This document shows, piece after piece, positions 11,201-29,805 of a stretch of DNA of 64,000 bases. Under the pieces are notes generated by a model, which had not been told where the DNA came from, made no database searches, and was given only the letters and a program-made list of their open reading frames with translations. The position numbers and the translations under genes were made by a program. Source of the stretch: Macrostomum lignano (Eukaryota); the NCBI GenBank assembly GCA_002269645.1, contig NIVC01000041.1:496001-560000 (forward strand), read 5' to 3'. Every line of letters starts with the position of its first letter. The first letter of the stretch is position 1.

Positions 11201-14200
11201 CTACTAACGTAAACTTGCATAACAAGCACCTTTATTAACATTAAAAAACAACAATATAAAGGAAATCTCGGCTGACTTTGAAGATGCCCGAGTGCACTTC
11301 TTCGGGACTGCTGTGAGAGCTGCTGAAATACCGGGTATTTTCACGACTAGTTTTACGAACACACCAGAGGCGCGTCTCTGCATGAAAAATAATGCATGTT
11401 AATAATCGGGTAACACCTTATCCTAAACGCTAGTTATCTACTAAGCAATTGTCACACAAAGTACCAGCATGTTTAGTTGGATGCTAGCTAGTTTAAATAA
11501 TTTTATCAATGCATGGTGTAAATTTTACTTTATTTTTTTACAATCAATAGAGCTGTCAGGGCTGCTGGCAACATCTTGTCCACAAGATCACATTGTCAAT
11601 TCTAAGCTAGACAACAACTGTATAGGGGTTTTGCCATAGACAACATGCCCTCGGCGTGTAGTAATGCCCCACTGTCTATGGCAAAAGCATGGACACAATC
11701 TGACATTAGTTCACGCTGAATGCGTGTTGTCTATGGTAAAAGCTTCGTTGTTTCCTTTTAATTGGCGCAAGTTTTAAAGCGTATAAACCTCACCACCTCA
11801 CCACCGCCCAGTGCCACGCTGACTCAGACGCAGAAAGGCTATCCGCCGCCCACTGAGCACGTCGGGCATTCGCGCCTGGCGCGGACGGAGCGCGGCCTGG
11901 ACTGGGTGCCCGCCTCTACTGCCCGGGGCCGCGGCAGCAGCGCGGGCCGTCGTTATCCCTGGAAAGGGCCATTTTATCAGCGTCGAACAACCGAACTGCG
12001 CCAAGTAATGGACGAGCTGGATCCGCACCTGCCGGACTTTGACCAGCTGGAGGTGGTCGGCCGATCGGCGGCCGGAGCCGCTGGACACGCTACCGTCCGG
12101 TCGAGGCCGACAACAGCTGTGACGCCGTCGGTGACCACCAAGCAGAGTCGGGCATCAACGTCGCTGTCCTCGGCAGCTGGTGGCAATCGGCGCGGATCGG
12201 ACGACAATGACAGGTGACAAGGACTACCTGAATATATGTACAGTCTAAATGCTATTCTTAGATGACCTTGTCCTCTATTACACTGAAACAGTGCAAATGG
12301 ACCACATCTTCATGCACGCTATTAAATGCTTTGCGTACGTATTGCAGATTTATTCGGGAAGATAGTGAGTAAGAAGATTAACTGCCATCTTCATTACCTC
12401 AATATCTGTTGTTCGTTTTCGATTTATTAAGTTGGATAGTTGGGCAAAATTCTCTCATTATGCCAACTACTATTCACTCATTAATGATAGTCTGATAGTC
12501 ATATTGGAGCCAGTTTATCCATGTACTGTGCTAACATCTATGTGGTTGTGTGCGCTTATTTTAAATATGTGAAGTATCCGATTCCGTGAAGTAATTGCTG
12601 CTTAGGCTTTGTGTTAATATCGCCAACCCATTTATCTCTTCATTTCATCCTCTCCCTCTTCCTTTTTCTCTCTTCTTTTCCCTGTCTCTCTTCACTCTAT
12701 CCCTTCTCTCTCCCTTCTCCCTCCTCTCTCTTGCCAGTCTCTCTCTCTTTCCCTTCTATTTCCCTTTTCTCTCTCTTTTCTCTCTTTTCTCTCTCTCAAT
12801 TCTCTCTCCCTTCTTTCTCCTCTCTCTTGCCAGTCTCTCTCTCTTTCCCTTCTATTTCCCTTTTCTCTCTCTTTTCTCTCTTTTCTCTCTCTCCATTCTC
12901 TCTCCCTTCTCTCTCCCTTCTCTCTCCCTTCTCTCTCCCTTCTCTCTCCCTTCTCCCTCCTCTCTCTTGCCAGTCTCTCTCTTCTCTTTCCCTTCTATTT
13001 CCCTTTCTCTCTCTTTTCTCTCTTTTCTCTATCTCCCTTCTCTCTCCCTTCTCTCTCTCCCTTCTCTCCCTTCTCTCTCCCTTCTCTCTCCCTTCTCTCT
13101 CCCTTCTCTCTCCCTTCTCTCTCCCTTCTCTCTCTTTCCCTTCTCTGTCTCCCCTCTCCCATCTCTCTCCCTTCTCTCTCCCTTCTCTCCCTTCTCTCCC
13201 TTCTCCCCCCTTCTCTGTCTCCCCTCCTCTCTCCCTTCTCTCCCTTCTCTCTCCCTTCTCTCTCTCCCTTCTCTCTCCCTTCTCTCTCTCCCTTCTCTCT
13301 CTCCCATCTCTCTCTTATCTCTCTCTCTTTTCTCTCCGTTCTCTCTCCTTTCTCTTTCTCTTTTCTCTCTTCCGTTCTCTCACTTTACCATTCATCAGTT
13401 TAACTCATTTTTCAACCAAATCCCCGTCACTGCTCAGTTTCAAAATAGTTAGCCAGACTCTGCTTATCTTTGTATCTCCAAAAAGGCGTCAATTAAAATG
13501 CCAGCAACAAAAAGCAACTGTTCCTAACCTATATTTTAATTTCGAGCAGGCAAGCCGCTGCTGACGGTTCGCTGGTGGCCGGACCGTCGCTCCTGTTCGG
13601 TGGACAGCCGGCCCGGTGGCTCGGAGATCCAACCTCCTATCAGGACACCGTCGGCATCGAGGCCCGAGTCATCCTTGAGACGCCAGCTGGGCGGCCAACC
13701 TCGCAATGTCTTAACATTGAAAATGACGGGTCCACTGTTCTCTTTTATCGGTGGAAGGTGGGCGCCTCTTATGAATTTATGCTTTTAATTTCGTGTTTTT
13801 TAGGTGTGACTCATTTTAGACAGGATTGCGACCGACAATAGACAGGTGGGACCGATTGTGACCGTGAATTTCGGTTAAGGCGATTTTAGAGGATTGTGAC
13901 CAATTGTAGACAGGATTGTGACCGATTCTAGACAGGATTGTGACCGATTCTTGACAGGATTGTGACCGATTCTAGACAGGATTGTGACCGATTCTAGACA
14001 GGATTGTGACCGATTCTAGACAGAATTGTGACCGATTCTAGACAGGATTGTTACCGATTCTTGACAGGATTGTTACCGATTCTTGACAGGATTGTGACCG
14101 ATTCTTGACAGGATTGTTACCGATTCTTGAAGGATTGTTACCGATTCTAGACAAGATTGTTACCGATTCTAGACAGGATTGTGACCGATTCTAGACATGT

Positions 14201-17200
14201 GTTCACATTAATTTTGCATTAAAACGAATTAAAAGAATTGTGACCTGTTATAGACAGAATTGGGACTGATTCTAGACAGATGTGACCGACTATAGACAGA
14301 CATAACAAATTATGACTTGTTTTTTTACCCTAAACTTTATTAGCAAATGTGCGCATGTTACTCTACTGCTTAGAGGTCAGTAGTAATATATACTGGACGC
14401 GAATCGCAAACTATAAAGCAAATCATAACTCATTATCTCCCTCCCTAAAATTGGCGTCAATTGCAGAAGCTACCAAAAGCGAATCCTTTTGGCCTAGTCC
14501 AGGACAATCCCCGGCGTTTCTATTTTGACACGGGCAGCGGCACCCTGCTACCGGGCGAGTCGCTGCATTTTCCTTTCATATTCAAGTCGGACAAGCCGGG
14601 ACTGTTCGCCGAGCAGTGGCAGCTGGAGACAACGCCGGTGGTTTGCGGCGGAGCGCGGCTGGTGGTCACCCTGCGGGGCATCGCGGTGCAGGAGGACGCC
14701 ACGGCCGTCCAGCGGACCGAGCTGGAGGCGCGGCTGAGGCGCCAGACGGCGGCTAAGATTGTTGGAGCTCTGCTTGACGAGATTCTCGAAGGCATTCAGG
14801 TGGGTAGGGGGGGTGGTCAACTGACCTGCCATGACCCCCTCCACAAATATTTATTGCTGTCCACTGAATTGAGAGGAGATGATGAAAATAGCACAATATT
14901 TACGGTTGGGTCGCCATCATAAACCAAAAAAGATCACAACTCCAAAAGCACTTCCCATCATAAACCCGAAATACCATAACTCCGAAAACCAAAATAGCGT
15001 TTGACTTGGTCGTTGCTAGCACTTTCGGAGTTGTGATTTTTCGGGTTTGTGATGCCCCCCCCCGTGATATTAGCCAGTTTCATTAGCTCGTAGAAAATTT
15101 TGACTAGATACAGACATCAAAACAGTGCAAAATTAGTATATAGACGAGTGGAACTCCTCCTTTGGAGGAGAAAGAGGATGGAACTCCCATCGCCAGAATT
15201 CAATTCACTGATATCCATCAGCTGAATCCCATGACCCAAATCCCGTCATCTAAATCCTCTCCAAATCCATCCAAATCCTCTCCATTAAACATAAATCGAT
15301 CAAATTCTCTCATTTGAACAGGTTTCCATCGAAATAATCTCCATGAAACAGAAATCTATCGAAAATCTATCGAAAGCTACAATACATCAATTTAATCAAT
15401 ATTTTAGTATAGCGAAGACCATTAGAGTGGAAAGACGCAAAAAGAGATAAGGAATGGGCCGGCAATAAAAGGGTGGCTGGCATTGGTGAGTCAAGAAGAG
15501 GTTTCGGGCGATCGATAAAGCGATGTACAGTACAGAGAGAAAGTACATTACAGTGCAGGGGCAGGTAAATTGTACTTTGATAATTGAATTTGCAGCGTCT
15601 GATCAGCCTGAACAAGTTCCAATTAATACAGGATCCTCCTTTATCTGGTCTCAAGTCTCTATCCCACTGTCTGCGGACGTAAGAGCCAATGACAACGCTT
15701 ATTAACATGCCAGTTTCATAATCTCTTTCCCCCCGTAGACTCGGGTTGGGTCGGGCCCTCTCTTTCTGTCTCAAATTGAAAACTCGAATACCTAGTTAAG
15801 TCTTTAATTGGCTACTTCAATCTGTTTAAAAGAATCTCCCGACTCTCCAGGCACCCGAGCGGCCGACAACGCCCATAGACGCTTACATCACGGAGCAGGA
15901 GGTGTTCTTGCGCAGGAATCCCAAACTCAGTTGCACTCTGGACACATTGAATCAGCTGCGCCGACTGCACAAGGACACGGAGGCAGCGGCCGCCGCGTCT
16001 GCTAGCGGAACAGCTGCCGAGCCACCGACAGAGTGGGATCTGAGCGTGTCGACTCTTCGCGAGAAAATCCTTAGCCTAGAGGAGGACCGTCAGGCTCGCA
16101 GAGAGGACCTGTCTGGCCGCCTGTTCGCCGCCGTCAATCGGGTGTCCTTCAGTGTTGATCTGCCGCGCTCGGAGCTGCGGGCGAGTCAGAACCTGATGTG
16201 GTGAGCAACTGGGATGTGTGATGGGGATCTGGGATGTGTGATGGTTCTCTGAGATGTGTGATGAGGATCTGGGATGTGTGATGGGGATCTGGGATGTGTG
16301 ATGGTTATCTGGGATGTGTGATGAGGATCTGGGATGTGTGATGGGGATCTGCATGGGATGCGTGATGGGGATCTGGGATGCGTGATGGGGATCTGGGATG
16401 TTTGATGGGGATCTGAGATGTGTGATGGGGATCTGGGATGTTTGATGGGGATCTGGGATGTGTGATGGGGATCTGGGATGTTTGATGGGGATCTGGGATG
16501 TTTGATGGGGATCTGGGATATGTGATGGTTATCTGGGATGTGTGATGGTTATCTGGGATGTGTGATGAGGATCTGGGATGTGTGATGGGGATCTGGGATG
16601 TTTGATGGGATCTGGGATGTGTGAAGAGCAGCTGGGATGTGTGATGAGGATCTTACGTGTGATGAAAAGCTGGGATGTTTTATGAGCATATTTTTGTGTG
16701 CTGTTTATTATAAGGATGAAAACGCGAATATAAACGAGTAAATGGTGTGTTATCTATTAAAAAATTTCTGTTTCAAATTCCCCATAGCTACGGCATTGTC
16801 ATGGAGACGATGGACAAAATCTACAACGATTGGTACCACCAGAGGGTCATTCGCAAACTGCCGGAAATGGAGATGGACTTCCCGGATCCAAGTAAGACTA
16901 CAAACGTGTTGCAGTTTCCCTAAAAAATCGATTCTTTTTGTTTTAATCGTAGCATTTTAAATTTTAGTTTCTTTCGATTTAAAATTGCGCTAAATTAACT
17001 TAGTTTTTTCTCTCCGTGATTTTTTTCATAATTTTCCTTTCATGATAGATATTAAGCTTCGATGGAAAATTCAGTTTACAAAGACTTTTGAAAAAAGTAA
17101 ATCATTATAACAAAACAAACTGCCGCGCACTATTTGAGACCCTGCAGCTGTTGAGCCGCTGCTCAGCGATCGAAGCAGTTCATTTGACAGCCAATCAGAT

Positions 17201-20200
17201 CGAATCCTTCAAGACGAACTGCCGCCGTCAGAGGACCAAACTGTTGGCCAACAAGTTGTTGCTAACGGCGGCGACGGCATTGAGAGAGACAGTTTGTCCG
17301 ACGCATCTGACCTGTTTGGTACCCGCCCTTCCCTACCGCACTCCCTGCTATAACCTCAAGTGTCTTACGTGTCTATCCTTATAATAAGTCAGCCCGTCAC
17401 ATTAATCGCGTGTATAAAAGTTCCCCAGTCAAACTGCACGGCAAGAGTGGAGATTAGATCCTCACTAGGGTAGCATAATTAGGCGTCATGGTAGCTTAAA
17501 TAGGCGCCACATTTTCTTATTAATTAGGCGTCATGATGGATTATTTAGGCGTAATGGTAGATTGATTAGGCGTCATTGTAGATTAATTAGGCGTCATTGT
17601 AGATTAACTAGGCGTCATTGTAGATTAATTAGGCGTCATTGTAGTTTAATTAGGCATCATTGTAGATTAATTAGGCGTCATTGTAGATTCATTAGGCATC
17701 ATTGTAGATTAATTAGGCGTCATTGCAGATTAATTAGGCGTCATTGTAGATTAATTAGGCGTCATTGTAGATTAATTAGGCATCATTGTAGATTCATTAG
17801 GCATCATTGTAGATTAATTAGGCGTCATTGTAGATTAGTTAGGCGTCATTGTAGATTAATTAGGCATCATTGTAGATTAACTAGGCGTCATTGTAGATTA
17901 ATTAGGCGTCATTGTAGATTAATTAGGCGTCATTGTAGATTAATTAGGCGTCATTGTAGATTAATTAGGCGTCATTGTAGATTAATTAGGCCTCATTGTA
18001 GATTAATTAGGCATCATTGTAGATTAATTAGGCGTCATTGTAGATTAATTAGGCGTCATTTGTAGATTAATTAGGCGTCATTGTAGATTAATTAGGCGTC
18101 ATTTGTAGATTAATTAGGCGTCATTGTAGATTAATTAGGAATCTTGGTAGATTAATTTGGCGTTATGGTAGCTTCAGTAGGCATCATGGTAGATTAATTA
18201 ATTTGGCATTATAGTAGACTAGTTAGGCGTCATTGTAGATTAATTAGGCGTCATTGTAGATTAATTAGGCGTCATTGTAGATTAATTAGGCGTCATTGTA
18301 GATTAATTAGGCGTCATTGTAGATTAACTAGGCGTCATTGTAGATTAATTAGGCATCATTGTAGATTCATTAGGCATCATTGTAGATTAATTAGGCGTCA
18401 TTGTAGATTAATTAGGCGTCATTGTAGATTAATTAGGCGTCATTGTAGATTAATTAGGCATCATTGTAGATTCATTAGGCGTCATTGTAGATTAATTAGG
18501 CGTCATTGTAGATTAATTAGGCGTCATTTGTAGATTAATTAGGCGTCATTGTAGATTAATTAGGCATCATTGTAGATTAACTAGGCGTCATTGTAGATTA
18601 ATTAGGCATCTTGGTAGATTTATTTGGCGTTATGGTAGCTTCAGTAGGCATCATGGTAGATTAATTAATTTGGCATTATAGTAGACTAGTTAGGCGTCAT
18701 TGTAGATTAATTAGGCGTCATTGTAGATTAATTAGGCGTCATTGTAGATTAATTAGGCGTCATTGTAGATTAATTAGGCGTCATTGTAGATTAACTAGGC
18801 GTCATTGTAGATTAATTAGGCATCATTGTAGATTCATTAGGCATCATTGTAGATTAATTAGGCGTCATTGTAGATTAATTAGGCGTCATTGTAGATTAAT
18901 TAGGCGTCATTGTAGATTAATTAGGCATCATTGTAGATTCATTAGGCGTCATTGTAGATTAATTAGGCGTCATTGTAGATTAATTAGGCGTCATTTGTAG
19001 ATTAATTAGGCGTCATTGTAGATTAATTAGGCATCATTGTAGATTAACTAGGCGTCATTGTAGATTAATTAGGCATCTTGGTAGATTTATTTGGCGTTAT
19101 GGTAGCTTCAGTAGGCATCATGGTAGATTAATTAATTTGGCATTATAGTAGACTAGTTAGGCGTCATTGTAGATTAATTAGGCGTCATTGTAGATTTATT
19201 CGGCGTCAAAGTGCCCCGCTCCACACTGTAACTATTGCAATATATAATGACTATCTCAGCAGCATCACACACGCGTGAACGAATAGCAAAGCTCAAAGTC
19301 ACTGCCCGGATCTCTTGTGATAACATGTACTCCTATCTATCACTTTCTCAACAAATGTACTATAATGCACAATATTCTGTATGTGTGATTATCTATTATT
19401 TTTTTTCAAAACGGAAGTATGAGGAAATGCATTTTTTATTACCAATTGAGCATTAATTCTTGGTTAGTATACAGAAATATCGTAATCAAAATCAAAATTC
19501 AATGTTGAGGACAAAAATATGCACTTTAGTTTCTAACTCAACCCATTTGACACAGTTAACTGAAACTTTCTAACGTAAAAAATGACAAATTAATAACGCG
19601 CACAACCAGTTTTTAAAGTAGCCAATGCACTTTTTAGTAAATTTTTAATAAATTACTTTTATCGCAGGTTCGTCAGCCCGAGAGGGTAAAGGTATTAAAA
19701 AATGAGACAAACATATTTTTGCCGTGTCTGTTATAACACTCGTTAATTAAACAATTTTGTAACTCAAGATGCATGGGGATTTGGATATTTCACGAAAGAA
19801 ACTTATTCAAAATTTGTTTTACTAGCTATTAACAAATAAAATACTTGCAGTAGCATGGTAGGATCATGGTCGTGATTATAACGGATTAAAAAAACAAGTT
19901 TTTTAGGTAGAAAAAGGTACAAGTGCATGCCATATCTACCATAACTTGGTATAAGCAATGATGTTTGCAAAATAATACACGCGTATGACCTGTTGTGTTA
20001 ATTAATTAATTAATTTTAACAAATGCACGCACTGTTCTGTAAGGCGAGATATATAGCTGTTTTTAATGCATACATCTATTGCAACTAGAATCTTCAGACA
20101 AAAATGCATGCATTTTTCATGGAAAAATCATCTAATTGCAAACTGCGACAAACGCAAAAGTCAAATAATTTTTTTTTCTATAGTACATGTAAAATTGAAA

Positions 20201-21062
20201 AAAAACATTACAGGTGCAACCAAGAGAGCGAAAGCAGCAGACAAGCAAAAGTCGACAGTGTCAAAGGAGAGCACCAAGGCGTCTGGCTTGAAAAATGAGC
20301 AGACTCGAGGCTCCGTGAGTGCTTTGCTTTGTCGGACATGCTATGAATTGGGTGTCTGACATGCTATGAATTGGGTGTCATACATGCTATGAATTGGGTG
20401 TCTGACATGCTATGAATTGGGTGTCATACATGCTATGAATTGGGTGTCATACATGCTATGAATTGGGTGTCTGACATGCTATGAATTGGGTGTCTGACAT
20501 GCTATGAATTGGGTGTCATACATGCTATGAATTGGGTGTCTGACATGCTATATATTGGGTGTCAGACATGCTGATTGTTGTCAATATGATGAACGGCAAC
20601 TATGGATTTAAATTCAATGGATTTAAATAGACTAGGAAATTTCATTTCTGAAAAAAATTTGCACACCATTAGCAGATTTTCCCTATATTTCTACTATCAG
20701 TAGTGCAACCATAACCATAACCATAGCAAACTGGAATATTTTTTTACGAAAAATTGCAGATGTCATTAAGCAAGGAGCGAACCAAGTCACCCAGGAGGAT
20801 GGCCTCCGGTGGCGGTCGCAAGGCCTCCGAGGACGCCGGGCGCCCCGGCGGCGACCTGCCAGCAGCTGCGGCCGCCGGTGCCGTCGTCGCCGATCAGTCG
20901 GCAATCGACGAGGAGTCCGAGGAGCCAGAGATGCAGCTGACCCCGGAGCTGTTGGCCGAACGACGCTGCTTGGACAGCATCTACGCCAACACCTACTGCC
21001 TGCTAGGCCGCATGGCTGAGTCCATTGCCGACGTGTGCGAGTCGCTACGTTACGACTGTTGA
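8219..21062 (+). CDS. MYCBPAP: MYCBP-associated protein (AMAP-1)-like, multi-exon, ~958 aa (~1001 aa with the 6243 exon)
   Basis: Phase-consistent GT-AG exon chain: 8219(8199)-8264, 9305-9340, 9642-9784, 10010-10505, 10606-10725, 11065-11128, 11812-12213, 13550(13547)-13757, 14467-14799, 15851-16200, 16788-16891, 17148-17318, 20214-20314, 20760-21062. Motifs as remembered from the family: GPRFD..G..IPHSILG, ALRNWERQM.ER.RQQ, GKGYRVGSEFW, GPSLLF.GQPARW, FYFDT..GTLLPGE...F.F.FKS..PG.F.E.W.L.T.P, LRGIAVQED. Confidence 0.9.
8770..9246. repeat. Intronic minisatellite, 33/35-bp unit
   Basis: Unit GTCACACCCAT(AT)AGACA(G/A)TCAGTGGGCTGATGCT. Confidence 0.95.
10790..11040. repeat. Intronic minisatellite, 54-bp unit
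   Basis: About 4.5 copies of ACAATGCGTGCAACAACCCCAACCCACCCTCCGCCCCGCCACCCAATCACGCAA, ending ~25 nt before the acceptor at 11064. Confidence 0.95.
11628..11741. mobile_element. Small MITE-like inverted-repeat element
   Basis: TTTTGCCATAGACAACATG versus CGTGTTGTCTATGGTAAAA (17/19 inverted match), plus an internal TGTCTATGGCAAAAGC copy. No TSD identified. Confidence 0.5.
12650..13385. repeat. CT-rich low-complexity/microsatellite tract
   Basis: (CTCTCTCCCTT)n-type degenerate run. Confidence 0.95.
13815..14200. repeat. Intronic minisatellite, 22-bp unit
   Basis: Unit GACAGGATTGTGACCGATTCTA. Confidence 0.95.
14915..15054. mobile_element. Small fold-back/MITE-like element
   Basis: Two direct copies of CATCATAAACC..AA..CA(C/T)AACTCC followed by an inverted copy TTTCGGAGTTGTGATTTTTCGGGTTTGTGATG. 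Confidence 0.45.
16209..16680. repeat. Intronic minisatellite, 20-bp unit
   Basis: Unit GGGATGTGTGATGGGGATCT, starting 8 nt after the donor at 16201. Confidence 0.95.
17478..19200. repeat. Intronic satellite, 21-bp unit with ~467-bp higher-order structure
   Basis: Unit TTGTAGATTAATTAGGCGTCA; a variant block starts at 18141, 18608 and 19075. Confidence 0.97.
20333..20575. repeat. Intronic minisatellite, 23-bp unit
   Basis: Unit TGACATGCTATGAATTGGGTGTC, starting ~19 nt after the donor at 20315. Confidence 0.95.
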
Positions 21063-23683
21063 GCACTGCAGTTTGCGTTTTCTGCATGAGCTGCTTTAAT
21101 ACGTTGATACGCTGCCGTAATTGCAACAGAATTCATTGCTTTTTATTGCACTTGAAAAAATAGTTTTGCATGCAAAAGTCACAATTATGATTGAAATCAC
21201 AGAAGCTATACGTAACAAAACGTTCATTTGGTGATTTTTTTGTTTAACTCTTACTTCTTTTTGTTTTATTAAATGAAAATTGAATCTAGATTTTCTATAG
21301 AATACAGTTGGATACCCGAATTTTGAATACCGAATTCACAGATAATTACTCGAACAAATCAGGAATGTTATTTTATGATTTTTATAGTTGCTTTTTTATT
21401 GACTTGTTGATCAGTCAAATATGAGAACTACATGTATGTATATACTGGGGGTTCTGGGCATCACAATGCCAATTTGCATCTGAATTCAAGTTGATGCCAA
21501 CTTGAAAACCAGCATTATTAGCCTGAGAAAAATGGCGCGGTGCCACCAAATGAAGCCTAATTTTTGTGTTTTAACAAAGATTGTACGGATTTTTTGGTCC
21601 CTTCTTTGATGTGGTGATTTTATGGTCAGCGTTAATGCGCCTTTAATTGGCTGTTTTACCATGGAACAGAAGCTGACTGAAAAAATATTGACCTTTTATC
21701 GATTAGCCTTTTCTGCAATATAATAATGCTATAGTATAGAGCGGCGGTCGGCGAGCCTTTTTACATCGAGGGCCAGATAAGAGAACCTATAGCGAACCAC
21801 TGGTGGGCTAAAAAAGGGGGAGATCGGAGAGAATAAAGAAGAGAGAAGAGAGATAGGAGAAAGGATGTGAGGGAATAAAGGAGACAAGAGGAGGGAAAAA
21901 TCGAAGAGGGGAGAGAACAGAAGAGGAGATGAGAGCAAGAGAAGAGAGGAGGAGACAAACCTTGAGCGGGCCGGATTGCTATTGTGAAGTTTCAAAGGAC
22001 AGGATAGAGAGGCTTCGCGGGCGGGATGGAGAATCCGCCCCGTTTTCCTTCCCATACGAACCCGCCGGTTGCAATTGGTGTCTTTGTTGATCTCGGGGCC
22101 GCTTGCAGGGGATCGACTACTGAAGCTGCCTCCGCCCCCTTATGAGCAGGTAACCGTCATTTCCCAATGTCGAGGCAGGGGCCTCTCCTGATGAACTTGA
22201 TGATCGTGGAAGATCAGTCGAGATTTGGGTAGTGCTTCGTCGAAGATGAGACTCTGCCTGGGCGTTCAGAGTCCGGAGTCTGCAACCCAACCATGCATTG
22301 AGCACTTTCCAGCACGGGATCTTTTGTGGCTGCGACTGACGAAAATACACAGCGTGCTAGTAGACTTTACTAAGAGTAGTATGAGGGAGCGTGATCGAAC
22401 TATATGATATCCAGATCCAGATGCTTAGTGCGAGAAGTATCGTATATACAGTACTTCCAGTAGTGATACGAGCGTACTTCCAACAGCCTTGCAATGCACA
22501 AGAGACAGCTGGGCGCCACAGGGGACACAAGAAAGCGGAGCAGGGGGAGAAAGAGGAGATTGGAGAGAGGAAAAATAGAGGAGAAATAAAGAGAAGAAAT
22601 TAATATAATCAAGGTGGTAATTTCACATGTAAAGCGAGATAGAAGGATTTACATTTTGAGATGAAAGGTTGTAATACTGTATTTAAAACACGAATACAGC
22701 GGCGGAGAAGCAGTGAGGGCGGAGGTGTTGGGCAAGAGATGGTGGCGGGAGAAGCCGCACTCCCCACTTAACAGCCGGAATTTCCTTTCGGAATCCAGTA
22801 GGAGGTGCTCCGTGAACTATTGTCCGAATCCGACAACCGGCCATTGCCTACCAATCTCTGTCGCCGGATTCCAATTAGATTTTCCGGAGCGCAGGTCAGT
22901 GTGTCTAACGCGTGTGGCATGGTACAAATATGTGTAAAATGTGCGCATCTGCGCGGGAAGCGACGTGCTTTGTGTGTACATGTACATGTAAATCACGGAA
23001 AAAGTATCAAAATTGCCCATTTTACGTACGTCGACGGCTAGGTGGGTTCTACGCGAGGGATTTACGAGAGTACAACTTACGCTATACAGTATGTGGCGGA
23101 GCAGAGACTGAAAGTGGGCGATCCATGGGCCGTCATGTCCCTCGAGATCGTCTCCTAGCTAATTTATAACCATAGGGCCGTCCAAAAGCAATTGGGAGTC
23201 AACCAAAACGAAAAAGTAATAAGACTCTCGGGCACCCAGACAGTGTGATTTCGGCCGGTGAATTTAGCAAGCAGGCAAACAGGACGCATTAAACATCTCT
23301 GAAATATAATGTGCATTGTAACGAACTATACATGACGTCAGTAGTAGTAGTATAGTAGTAGTAGTAAGTTGGCTCAGGCAAAAAGCCTGTTTGGCCTAAT
23401 ATAAGTCGATGTATTTAATACTTGTTCAAAAGGTTGGATACTCTTAAATGATGAATGAATACGTGTTACTACGATTTGAGGGGGGCAAACGGCAACTTAA
23501 ACCGAGGGACTCTGTGACATCCGCCAGCTTTTCGTTTTTCGAGGAGGCTCTTCCCCCTCCTTTTCGTTCTGGCCTGGCGTGGAAGCGGCTAGCTTCCTCG
23601 TCTTGGTCTGCTGGTGGGGGACGGATCCCCCCTGCTGCTTTTTTGCGGGGCAGGTGGCTGCTAAGTAGTTGGCTGCTGGCTAA

Positions 23684-28769
<5,086 letters not shown>

Positions 28770-29805
28770 TCCTTGTGCTCTTTTACCTTGGGGTTGCGAT
28801 AGGGGCCTCGCGGCCTATTCGCGGCGCCTGCGCCCCCCGTCAGTAGTAAGTAAGTAAGTAAGTACTACGATTTGAAAGAGCGTCTGGAATTTTTCACTGT
28901 ATTTTCAAAGTAACTAACGAACCTATACAACAGAACGACAAGAAATGAAGTAGGGAATTATGAAAACAGGTACCGTATGGTTTTGATGCAAAACGGTTCA
29001 TCCAAAATTCGATTTAAAATAGGTAGTTAAGTGTTTTTCTATCAATGAGAAATATTGAGTATAAGGATTGCTCAGAATATTTGGCGATTATTATTAATGG
29101 CGATTTAAATAGGAAAAAAATAAAAAAAGTGATGAATGGACAAAGTGAGACATTTATAAAAGCATATTGCGGTATTGGCAATACTTTTCTGCGAGTAAAT
29201 GCGCCACGACCACGGGACCGTTCAAGGACGTAATGGTGGGAAAAAGAAGCGGACTCAGTACTATTCTGTTATACATGTACACAGCATGTATATCTTTCAA
29301 GTAAATAGTTTTAACTGTACATGGCATCGTAAATATTAGCTACTCCAGTAAGCTCTTTTCTGACTCTTTTATCATTTGTCCAGCATACCCTATTATTTTT
29401 TGAGCTATGCAAAAAAATTGAAATGTTTTAATATTCATTTCTGCGATGACTGATTTAGCGTTTTAGCCTAATTTTTTGTAAATTTTAAGACTTTAAAAAG
29501 ATTGAAGCATTTTATAATTTACAATATTTTTAGTAAACGTGTTTCTTGCATTAAAAAGTTTGATTTGCTGCTCTTTTTAAACATACCGTTGGGGCGCGCA
29601 TTTAAATTACAAATTAAGAACCTACGTCAGACCCATGCGTTTTAACTAGACAGGTCCAGTAATTGTCATCTGCATAAGTGAATGAATAAGGTCCGACCAT
29701 TATGTGCTTAAAGGTCTAGACGATAAAATTATACAAAATTTATATGCTTATAGGCTGTCGGATATACTTAATGTGAGAGTTAACTCTGAAGAAATCTTGT
29801 TAATA

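Noticed and set aside
13544-13549. Tandem GAGCAG acceptor as regulated alternative splicing
   Set aside because: Both AGs are in frame, but the effect is one residue and NAGNAG sites are common.
12595-13564. Long Leu/Ser/Pro and Glu/Arg ORFs
   Set aside because: Translations of CT microsatellite.
17562-18065. Protamine-like ORF (RRHCRLI)n
   Set aside because: It is a translation of the 21-bp satellite inside a MYCBPAP intron, with no ATG, and 1-bp insertions break the frame.
21735-22120. Charlie-like MITE with AG-rich interior
   Set aside because: The termini are too degenerate and there is no TSD match.
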